Under the pieces are notes generated by a model. It had not been told where the DNA came from. It saw nothing but the letters and a program-made list of their open reading frames with translations, and did not search any database. The translations under genes and the position numbers were made by a program. From positions 1 to 34,247 of the forward strand of contig BTUB01000001.1 in assembly GCA_045863215.1 (NCBI GenBank): a stretch of 34,247 nt of DNA, in the 5' to 3' direction. The stretch's first letter is position 1. Each line of letters starts with the position of its first letter. The DNA is from Candidatus Babeliales bacterium (GTDB lineage Bacteria > Babelota > Babeliae > Babelales > Vermiphilaceae). This document shows positions 8,200 through 14,962 of the stretch, piece after piece.

Positions 8200-8805
8200 A
8201 TGAAGTATATGTACGCTGCCCTTTTATCACTGGGACTTCTGGCCACGGGACTTGCGCAGGCAAAAGCTGAAGAAACTAAAAAAACACACGTGATTAAAAA
8301 GAAAAGCACCAAAAAAGCAGCCAAGCCAAAAGCCAGAGCGGCAAAAGTTCAACCAAAAACTCGTAAATTAAAAGCAAAACCTAAAAAACAAGTTTATAAA
8401 AATGTTAAGCCGGCACGAAAACCGGCTGAAATAAAAGAATCAGTTCCTACAAAAACCGCTGAACCAATTTCGACCCCTAAAACTACTGAAGAAACCGCAT
8501 ATCAAAAATTCACCAATTGGCTCGGATTGGGAACCGGCGCAGGTACTGCCGCAAAACAAGCATTAGTGGGACACCACAGAGCAGCAGGCTATCATATTGG
8601 GCCTCGTGATTGGCATGATAATTTTCCTGACTGGTGGGTAAAACAAGGACGTGGATGGACCTCAGCCGATGTTAATGGCACCTGGTATTTTGGTGGCCAC
8701 CCGTATGAATGGTGGGAAAATAAAGCATTAAAAGGAGAATATGATTCATATTTCAAAAACGTAATTCGCCCTACATATTATCACGCACATCCTGAAAAGA
8801 GATAA
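8200..8805 (+). CDS. secreted lysine-rich protein with Trp-rich C-terminal domain
   Basis: GGAGAGAG upstream. The signal peptide MKYMYAALLSLGLLATGLAQA is followed by an H1-like K/A/P-rich stretch of about 70 aa (KKKSTKKAAKPKARAAKVQPKTRKLKAKPKK) and then a W/G/Y-rich globular end. A strong terminator follows. Confidence 0.6.
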   Translation: MKYMYAALLSLGLLATGLAQAKAEETKKTHVIKKKSTKKAAKPKARAAKVQPKTRKLKAKPKKQVYKNVKPARKPAEIKESVPTKTAEPISTPKTTEETAYQKFTNWLGLGTGAGTAAKQALVGHHRAAGYHIGPRDWHDNFPDWWVKQGRGWTSADVNGTWYFGGHPYEWWENKALKGEYDSYFKNVIRPTYYHAHPEKR

Positions 8806-8812
8806 TTTTAGA

Positions 8813-8836
8813 GGGCCGCTTAATGCGGCCCTTTTT
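8813..8836. terminator. intrinsic terminator between convergent genes
   Basis: GGGCCGC-TTAAT-GCGGCCC followed by TTTTT. It sits between the stop at 8805 (+) and the stop at 8838 (-). Confidence 0.65.
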
Positions 8837-8837
8837 C

Positions 8838-9503
8838 TTATTCTTTAAAATTGAATGTTCCCTCACATACAATTTCATACAACGCTTTTCTCCCTGATGG
8901 TTTTTCACGGGCTTGCAAATCTGTAGAAAGTACTTTCACATCAGCCGGCTTGCCAATCACACACATAGCTTCAACTTGATAATTGTTAGGAATATTCAAC
9001 ACTTTTTGGGCTCTTTCATAATCAAAACCTCCCATCCCATGCACCACAAGCCCTTTCATATATCCTTGCAAAGTGAGATTTTGCCATGCAGCACCTGTAT
9101 CAAAACTATGGCACCGATTTACGCCACCATTTTTAGATACTCTTTTGGATACCATCACCACAAGTACCGATCCATTTTTACACCATTCTTGATTAAACGG
9201 TACCAATAAATCAAACATTGTATCCCATTCAGCCGTTCCACGATACGCATACATAAAGCGCCATGGTTGCTCATTAGATGATGAAGGAGCCCAGCGAGCC
9301 GCTTCAAAAAGAGGCATTAATTCTTGCTCAGTCACCACCTGGCCCGACATTGCTCTGGCAGACCATCGATTTAAAAAGAGACTATCTACCTCCGCCACCT
9401 CAGGCTGACGATTTGTTTTGATCATCGCAGAAGGATTCACACTGTAAATTGAGGTATTTAGCGCCATTAGAGACACACAAATGGCAAAAAAGATAAGATT
9501 CAT
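8838..9503 (-). CDS. nitroreductase-family flavoprotein with hydrophobic N-terminal leader
   Basis: LFLNRWSARAMSG...LMPLFEAARWAPSSSNEQPWRF matches the nitroreductase-fold signature (R-x-S-x-R ... A-P-S-x-x-N-x-Q-P-W-x-F). The first ~22 residues (MNLIFFAICVSLMALNTSIYS) look like a signal peptide or membrane anchor. Confidence 0.85.
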   Translation of the reverse strand: MNLIFFAICVSLMALNTSIYSVNPSAMIKTNRQPEVAEVDSLFLNRWSARAMSGQVVTEQELMPLFEAARWAPSSSNEQPWRFMYAYRGTAEWDTMFDLLVPFNQEWCKNGSVLVVMVSKRVSKNGGVNRCHSFDTGAAWQNLTLQGYMKGLVVHGMGGFDYERAQKVLNIPNNYQVEAMCVIGKPADVKVLSTDLQAREKPSGRKALYEIVCEGTFNFKE

Positions 9504-9675
9504 TTTTTTCTCCTTAAAAGGTTAAAAACTACTGATTTTTTACGGCATTAGCTTATCAAGGACCGGAACAAAATTATAGGGAAAAACTCTTGTTTTTCAC
9601 CATAAATAATTGCTATTATGAAATTGATACAGAGCCGTCCAGCTACGGAATTTGCATATTTGAAAGGAGAAAATT

Positions 9676-9960
9676 ATGAGATTTATATTAAAAATTATTT
9701 CTTTAGTAATGATCTTTGTAAGCATTACTAATTTTGCACATATTTATCACCAAACAAAAAGTTACGATCGGGTTGGCTATTGCTGTTATCGAGAAGATGG
9801 CACTTTTGTGCCTCAACAAACCATTCGTTGGGCAGATGATTTTGCCGATGAATGGCCACGACGCGGTGTTACCAATGAAGGCATAGTAGGCTTTGCTGAT
9901 ATGTCTGAACAACCGCTTATATCAGGCTTTGAACGAAGTGCTTACAACACTCCAAAGTAA
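9676..9960 (+). CDS. small secreted/membrane-anchored protein, unknown function
   Basis: AGGAG upstream. 94-aa ORF with a hydrophobic N-terminus (ILKIISLVMIFVSITNFA). It is the first of four same-strand genes (9676-11960). Confidence 0.5.
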   Translation: MRFILKIISLVMIFVSITNFAHIYHQTKSYDRVGYCCYREDGTFVPQQTIRWADDFADEWPRRGVTNEGIVGFADMSEQPLISGFERSAYNTPK

Positions 9961-10008
9961 TAAAAATGGAATAGGTAAAATAGACAAAAACGAAAATAGG
10001 AGAGTGAT

Positions 10009-10944
10009 ATGAATAAAAAAGTAATGAGTATAATCCTCCTGCTTCTTGCAGGAATTAACGGCCTTTCATTTGCACGAGGTGCTCGTGGTGGAGGCTTTGG
10101 TGGTGGCCGTGGTGGCTTTGGTGGAGGTCGCGGTGGAATCGCACGCGGTGGCGGATTTGCTGGTCGCGGATTCGGCGGGGGTAGAAGCTTTGGCGGTGGC
10201 CGTAGCTTTGGAGGAAGAAGTTTTGGTGGCGGTCGTAGTTTTGCCGGTGGAAGATCCGGATTTGCACGCCCTTCAGGATTCACCAGATCTGCAGGAATTT
10301 CAAGGCCAGGCGGTATCGCAACTCGTCCCGGGGGCATTTCTTCTAGGCCCGGTGGTATAAGCCGTCCCGGTGGAATTGGTACCCGTCCGGGTGGCATTTC
10401 TAGGCCAGGCGCCAGCACTCGTCCCGGCGGAATTTCAAGACCCGGCACTGGTACTCGTCCAGGCAGACCGGGTGATAGACCAGGAAGACCGGGCAACAGG
10501 CCAGGTAGACCAGGACATCCAGGAGATAGACCAGGTAGGCCTGGTGGACGTCATCGTGGAGACAGATTTGGTCGTCGTGGTGATAGATTTGGCCGTCGAG
10601 GAGATCGTTGGGCAGGTCGTGGCAGAAGATGGTGGGGCGGCTATTGGAATGGTGGCTGGTATGCACCAAGCTGGTGGTTATGGGGTTCATTGCCATTGTT
10701 AATCGGTGGCTTATGGTATTACAACGGTCTCACTTACCCGCAATGGCAAGAATATGCTGAATCAGATCCAGAGGTATACAATTATTACACTACCTATGTA
10801 GTACCTGCATATGAACAATATCAGGCTAATCCTTCATCAGTACAAACTAAGGATGTAGAAGTTCCAGAATATGATGATGAAGACTACAATTCAGAAGATG
10901 AAGAAGTAGAAGAAATAGAAAATAATGGAAACATTATTACGTAG
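10009..10944 (+). CDS. secreted, membrane-anchored Arg/Gly-rich repeat protein (RGG/GAR-box-like ectodomain, acidic tail)
   Basis: AGGAG upstream. After the signal peptide MNKKVMSIILLLLAGINGLSFA come four successive repeat modules: RGGGFGGGRGGFGGGRGG; GGGRSF x4; RPGGIS x~8; RPG(D/N/H) x~6; and RRGDRFG x3. These are followed by a W-rich/TM-like segment (WWLWGSLPLLIGGLWYY) and a D/E-rich C-terminus. Terminator downstream. Confidence 0.75.
   Translation: MNKKVMSIILLLLAGINGLSFARGARGGGFGGGRGGFGGGRGGIARGGGFAGRGFGGGRSFGGGRSFGGRSFGGGRSFAGGRSGFARPSGFTRSAGISRPGGIATRPGGISSRPGGISRPGGIGTRPGGISRPGASTRPGGISRPGTGTRPGRPGDRPGRPGNRPGRPGHPGDRPGRPGGRHRGDRFGRRGDRFGRRGDRWAGRGRRWWGGYWNGGWYAPSWWLWGSLPLLIGGLWYYNGLTYPQWQEYAESDPEVYNYYTTYVVPAYEQYQANPSSVQTKDVEVPEYDDEDYNSEDEEVEEIENNGNIIT
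10075..10630 (+). repeat. in-frame tandem repeat region (four repeat families) inside gene 10009-10944
   Basis: 15-21-nt periodic units encode GGRSF, RPGGIS, RPGD and RRGDRFG. The region is locally far more GC-rich than its surroundings. Confidence 0.7.
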
Positions 10945-10952
10945 TAAAAATG

Positions 10953-10980
10953 GGGCGGGAAGATTTCCCGCCCTTCTTAT
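10953..10980 (+). terminator. intrinsic terminator after the Arg/Gly-rich gene
   Basis: GGGCGGGAA-GAT-TTCCCGCCC (9-bp stem) followed by TTCTTATTT. Confidence 0.5.
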
Positions 10981-10991
10981 TTAGGAATGCC

Positions 10992-11288
10992 GTGAAAAAA
11001 AAATTATATATTTTTCTTTTAATCACCGGAAACATATATGCGATTAATGAGAATTGGTATATGGGTGGGCAACCCTATTATAATTTTGGCTCAAGTTATT
11101 ATAACAATTATGGCCAAAATTATTACTGGGGCGGTGATGGCTGGATATTCAAAACAGGTTATAAAGCTCCCACTGAGCGCTGCTGCAGACGCGTAAAATG
11201 CATTCGACCATGCACCTGGTGCAGAGCATATAGAAAATCTTTACCAATCGAAAATAATAGTTGTTGTAACGGGGTATGCCAACCCTAA
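10992..11288 (+). CDS. small secreted Tyr/Gly/Asn-rich protein with 8-Cys C-terminal module
   Basis: The track start at 10950 lies inside the terminator hairpin. The in-frame GTG at 10992 sits 4 nt after AGGAA and gives VKKKLYIFLLITGNIYA (signal-like). The C-terminus, CCRRVKCIRPCTWCRAYRKSLPIENNSCCNGVCQP, has 8 Cys. Confidence 0.45.
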   Translation: MKKKLYIFLLITGNIYAINENWYMGGQPYYNFGSSYYNNYGQNYYWGGDGWIFKTGYKAPTERCCRRVKCIRPCTWCRAYRKSLPIENNSCCNGVCQP

Positions 11289-11297
11289 GGAGATTTT

Positions 11298-11960
11298 ATG
11301 AAGCACTTGTTTTTACTGCTGGCCATGCTGGCAACAAGTCTATCTATAAATGCCGATCCATTTCCTCATCCGTGTGATGCAAATAGCCGAGTAACTAATA
11401 ATAAGTGTCGCAAAAGTTGCGGTGATGCGTGCGCTATGGCTGCAAAATGCGCCAACAATCATGGCTGCAATGCCAAAGAATGTGTGCCCTTTGCCAACTG
11501 TTGTTTGCAAAGATGTGGGCCCTTCACACGCATACTTCCGGGCGATTATGATTCATATAAGGAAACTAAGCATACTTTTTGGCATGTACCACCCTGCACT
11601 CCACGCAATGATTCAAAATTCAAAGGATATTTATATAAAGGCATGTGGTGGGATAATATGGGTGTACGCTTCTGGGCCTTTAGAAATAGCACTAATAATA
11701 CTATCACTATCCAGGCTTTAAGTGGGGGAGAAATTAAGGATATCCCAGCTGGTGATGTCGCAAACATCAACAGAGGAGAAAGCTATGCCTTTAGAGTGCA
11801 ATCTCCTGCTCGCCGCTTTGAACTCTTTAATAGCGATATGCATCATATTGAAGTGTTTATCAATATCCGGGGAGACTTGGATTATAGGGTTGAGCCTATA
11901 CTGGAAAAAACAGCCAAAAGAGGATCTGTACGCGATCAAGATATAATACCCCGGTTCTAA
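11298..11960 (+). CDS. secreted protein with Cys-rich N-terminal module
   Basis: AAGGAG upstream and signal peptide MKHLFLLLAMLATSLSINA. There are 11 Cys in the first ~60 mature residues (CDANSRVTNNKCRKSCGDACAMAAKCANNHGCNAKECVPFANCCLQRCG), followed by a ~140-aa Cys-free domain. Confidence 0.6.
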   Translation: MKHLFLLLAMLATSLSINADPFPHPCDANSRVTNNKCRKSCGDACAMAAKCANNHGCNAKECVPFANCCLQRCGPFTRILPGDYDSYKETKHTFWHVPPCTPRNDSKFKGYLYKGMWWDNMGVRFWAFRNSTNNTITIQALSGGEIKDIPAGDVANINRGESYAFRVQSPARRFELFNSDMHHIEVFINIRGDLDYRVEPILEKTAKRGSVRDQDIIPRF

Positions 11961-11997
11961 AGAATTCGACGTTTTAAACCCGCAAAGTAGCACATTT

Positions 11998-12029
11998 GGC
12001 CTCTTTTTAGACTATAAAAGGGGCCTTTT
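11998..12029 (+). terminator. hairpin + T-run after gene 11298-11960
   Basis: GGCCTCTTTT ... AAAAGGGGCC (10-bp stem with one G-U pair) followed by TTTT. It overlaps the last codons of the recombinase ORF on the opposite strand. Confidence 0.4.
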
Positions 12030-13637
12030 CATTGCCAAGACTTTACAATTAGAAAAATAAACACTCCCGTAGTATATCAGCCGGTAACGCCATACTATAG
12101 CTGCCAGGCCCCGGTATATGAAGTGTATCAACCCGTAATTTACCGCCCCGTGACAAAAAAACCACACTTTGGGTTCTCTTTTGGCACGCCATACATGACG
12201 ATCAGTACATTCTAGTATCAAATTAAAGGGCGAATGAGCCTCCCAGACGAGCTTTTCATCTTTTAGGCTCAAGTTCTGAAGTATCAGCTTGATTAATTGC
12301 CGTTTTTCCTCAACTTCAGAACTCATAAAAAGCTCATACGCTCGGGAAGTCAGATTCAGAACGTATTTAGCGGTAATATAATAATTGTCTTCTGCTTCTT
12401 GTAATTGCTCAAGGCGAATACTAATATCGGTTACTTGATCACGTAATGAAGTGTAAAATTTGTCATAAGCGCTCTCAGTAATTCTCCCTTTGAGTTTATC
12501 TAGGTAGAGATTATCCATCATCTTGGTGATTGTTTTTTGTTCTTGTATAAGCTTGTTAGTTTCTTTTTGATGGAATTCCATTTTGTCTTGATGAGAAGCA
12601 TTTAGTGTTTCAGTAAGTTCATCAAGAATTTCTGTAGGTAGCTGTAAGTTTTTAAATACAGCGCTCAATTGGCGGGTAATTTCTTCTTCTCGCAGCCATT
12701 TTGCGTCATGCTTGCCATTGTATTGGGTGCAGTGATAATACACATACCCTTTATGTATTTCGGGCGTAATAGATAGGCCGCAATGAGCACATCTAATTAA
12801 TCCGCGATAGATATAGGGCTTACCGGCAAATTTATATTTCTTTTTAGCAAAACTATTTTTCACAGCTTGAACATCCTCAAAAAGGGTGATGCAGATAATG
12901 GGAGGATATTTATGGGGATATAGTTTGCCTTTCACCAGCATTTGACCGTGGTAAAAAGGATTAGCCAGAACCTTACCCAAGTATCCTTTAGGCCATACGA
13001 TGCCATAATCAGCTTTTAATTTATTACAGGCCAGCTCTAATGAATAGGCGCCAGTGCCATACCATTCGAATACTTTTTGAATGATACGGGATTCATACTC
13101 ATCCACAACAACATCTGATTTACCATCTTCAGTTTTAACATTCTTATATCCGTAGGGAGCTTTAGCTAGCCATTCCCCACGGCGGAGCTTAGCCTCAATC
13201 GCGCGGCGCACGTTATCACTAATAGCATCTGAATAATATTTTGCTAATCCTAAGCTGATACCAAAATGAAATTTCTCAGCAGCAGAAATACGGCTATTGA
13301 TTATTTGCCCATCAGATACAAAATGCAATTCAACCTCATCTCGCAAAGCTTTTTCATACAGTTCAGAAACCCGTTTATCAAACATATTACGAGATAGGCG
13401 ATCAACCTTATCGCAGCATACGGCAATCTTTTGCTTTTGCTCGATTACAAAATCAAGAATGCCATCAAACTCATCGCGTTGATTTTTATAAGCACTTTCA
13501 TCAAAGCTAAAGCTTTTAAGGATCTCTAAGCTTTTATTTTCGCAATATCTTTCTAGGCGCAGCATTTGCGCAGGAAGTGAATTGCCGGCTTCCTTTTGTT
13601 CTTCAGTGCTTACACGGGCGATGAGAATAGCTTTCAT
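12012..13637 (-). CDS. large serine recombinase (resolvase domain + recombinase domain + zinc ribbon + coiled coil)
   Basis: The N-terminus MKAILIARVSTEEQ carries the catalytic Ser motif. Other elements are VDRLSRN, the recombinase-domain block PYGYK, the zinc ribbon CAHCG...YYHC and a long coiled-coil region. The last ~60 residues (VWFFCHGAVNYGLIHFIYRGLAAIVWRYRLIYYGSVYF...) are compositionally aberrant, so the true C-terminus is uncertain. Confidence 0.9.
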   Translation of the reverse strand: MKAILIARVSTEEQKEAGNSLPAQMLRLERYCENKSLEILKSFSFDESAYKNQRDEFDGILDFVIEQKQKIAVCCDKVDRLSRNMFDKRVSELYEKALRDEVELHFVSDGQIINSRISAAEKFHFGISLGLAKYYSDAISDNVRRAIEAKLRRGEWLAKAPYGYKNVKTEDGKSDVVVDEYESRIIQKVFEWYGTGAYSLELACNKLKADYGIVWPKGYLGKVLANPFYHGQMLVKGKLYPHKYPPIICITLFEDVQAVKNSFAKKKYKFAGKPYIYRGLIRCAHCGLSITPEIHKGYVYYHCTQYNGKHDAKWLREEEITRQLSAVFKNLQLPTEILDELTETLNASHQDKMEFHQKETNKLIQEQKTITKMMDNLYLDKLKGRITESAYDKFYTSLRDQVTDISIRLEQLQEAEDNYYITAKYVLNLTSRAYELFMSSEVEEKRQLIKLILQNLSLKDEKLVWEAHSPFNLILECTDRHVWRAKREPKVWFFCHGAVNYGLIHFIYRGLAAIVWRYRLIYYGSVYFSNCKVLAMKRPLL

Positions 13638-13818
13638 GAATATGTACCTGCTGTATGGTTGAAAAGTTTAGAACCGTAAGCAGTGTAATAAGAACAGAGA
13701 AATTTTCCAGAACCAATATACGTCCATCCATTTAATAGACATAAAGCACCAATACTGCGTTTTAAATTATAGCTGCGCATAAATTGCGTGTAAGTATATA
13801 AATAAAAATACCCGAAAA

Positions 13819-13856
13819 GGGGAAAGTGGGGGCTTGTGGGGGAGTATATTGTGGGG
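13819..13856 (+). other. G-quadruplex-type motif / triple GTGGGG repeat in the recombinase-nuclease divergent intergenic region
   Basis: GGGG-AAAGT-GGGGG-CTTGT-GGGGG-AGTATATTGT-GGGG: four G-runs of 4 or more with loops of 5, 5 and 10 nt, in an otherwise AT-rich spacer. Confidence 0.4.
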
Positions 13857-13996
13857 TCTATGCTGGCTTGGTCTTATAATAATTTCAAATAGAAACTTAA
13901 TGCCGTTTGGTACCCGATATTCGCTCAAGAGTTTATATTTTTTTAGATTAAGATAAAATAAATACAAAGGTTATAATCATTGTAAATGCAGGTTAT

Positions 13997-14812
13997 ATGA
14001 TTTCCAAATACAATCCTCAAAGAAAGCGAAATCTATTTTCTTTCTTTTCAGATAAGGCATATAAAATTAGTCGTTCAAAAATCGAAGATTTTATAAAATG
14101 TCCCCGATGCTTTTATTTGGATAGAAAATGCGGCACTAAGCAGCCACCATCTTTTCCATATACTCTCAATAATGCGATTGATGCTCTTTTAAAAAAAGAA
14201 TTTGATCAATATAGATTGAAAGAGGAAAGGCATTCTTTATTGATTCAGCATGGCATTGATGCGATTCCTTTTTCACATCCTGATTTAGAAGAATGGCGAG
14301 ATAATTTTAAGGGAATTAAATTTCATCATATCGCTACCAATTTAATTATTAGTGGGGCCATGGATGATATTTGGATTAAGCCTGATGGCGAACTAATTGT
14401 TGTTGATTTTAAAGCAACTAGTACAACCAAAGAGATTACTCTTGAAAAAAGGGATGCTTATAAAAGACAGCTAGAAGTCTATCAATGGTTGTTACGTCAA
14501 AATGGATTTAAGGTTTCCAATATTGGTTATTTTCTAATTTGCAATGGAGATTCAAGCGAAGCTGGATTCACGGGCAAACTTTCTTTTGATTTTTTATTAC
14601 TTCCACACGAAGGGAATGACTTTTGGATCGAAGATGCTTTAGTGCAAATAAAAGATTGTCTTGGCAAGAATACCATGCCTGCTATGTCAGAGAATTGTGA
14701 TTACTGCAAGTATTGGGAAGCTGTTAAAAAGCATATGTATTCCCATAACTTGTTACTGGAAAATTATTCCCGCGCACTTCCGAGATCAATACAGAAATTA
14801 TTTAGATTATGA
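13997..14812 (+). CDS. PD-(D/E)XK nuclease, Cas4/RecB-like with four-Cys cluster
   Basis: GAMDDIW (motif D), LIVVDFKAT (D-x-K) and QLEVYQWLL (Q-x3-Y) occur in the order typical of RecB/Cas4-family nucleases. An N-terminal C-P-R-C plus a C-terminal C-D-Y-C fits a Cas4/AddB-like Fe-S or Zn site. Confidence 0.7.
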   Translation: MISKYNPQRKRNLFSFFSDKAYKISRSKIEDFIKCPRCFYLDRKCGTKQPPSFPYTLNNAIDALLKKEFDQYRLKEERHSLLIQHGIDAIPFSHPDLEEWRDNFKGIKFHHIATNLIISGAMDDIWIKPDGELIVVDFKATSTTKEITLEKRDAYKRQLEVYQWLLRQNGFKVSNIGYFLICNGDSSEAGFTGKLSFDFLLLPHEGNDFWIEDALVQIKDCLGKNTMPAMSENCDYCKYWEAVKKHMYSHNLLLENYSRALPRSIQKLFRL

Positions 14813-14962
14813 TGTTTAAGAGATTTCAAAAGTAATACAAAAATAATGATAAGAATTCTTTATTATTACTATTTAAACAATAGTATACTTAGATACATAG
14901 CATATACTTTTTTATTTTTAGCGATTTTCTCTATTGTGTATCAAAGAGCAGGAGATTCTTTC

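Noticed and set aside
8124-8324. 66-aa minus-strand ORF overlapping the start of gene 8200-8805
   Set aside because: It is antisense to a gene with an SD, a signal peptide and a terminator. Its own translation is a hydrophobic, low-complexity mirror of the signal-peptide region.
9942-10496. 184-aa proline-rich ORF on the minus strand (PGLPGRVPVPGLEIPPGR..., PPKLRPPPKLLPP)
   Set aside because: It is the antisense shadow of the GC-rich Arg/Gly repeat gene, since GGN/CGN codons read as NCC/NCG on the other strand. It has no RBS, no signal or terminator logic, and a junk-like C-terminus that runs into the upstream gene's 3' end. The + strand ORF has an SD, a signal peptide, a TM segment and a terminator. 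The other-frame ORFs 10046-10360, 10055-10267, 10370-10702 and 10400-10696 are rejected for the same reason.
10009-10944. Possible collagen-like protein or CRISPR-like periodic repeat in the GC-rich region
   Set aside because: There is no sustained Gly-X-Y triplet periodicity, because the repeat units are 5-7 residues long. The nucleotide repeats are contiguous, in-frame and lack spacers, so this is a coding tandem repeat and not a CRISPR array.
10950-10991. ATG at 10950 as the start of the small Cys-rich ORF
   Set aside because: The first 10 codons coincide with the terminator hairpin (10953-10973) of the preceding gene. The in-frame GTG at 10992 has an AGGAA RBS and begins directly at a signal-peptide-like sequence.
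13767-13967. 66-aa minus-strand ORF in the recombinase/nuclease intergenic region
   Set aside because: It has no RBS, and its PHKPPLSP segment is just the complement of the G-run motif. It lies in a divergent promoter region, so it is most likely spurious.
14846-14962. N-terminal 39-codon extension of the methyltransferase ORF (MIRILYYYYLNNSILRYIAYTFLFLAIF...)
   Set aside because: The extension is hydrophobic and aromatic junk with no counterpart in C5-methyltransferases. The ATG at 14963 has a consensus AGGAG 8 nt upstream and starts ~15 residues before motif I, as in M.HpaII-type enzymes.
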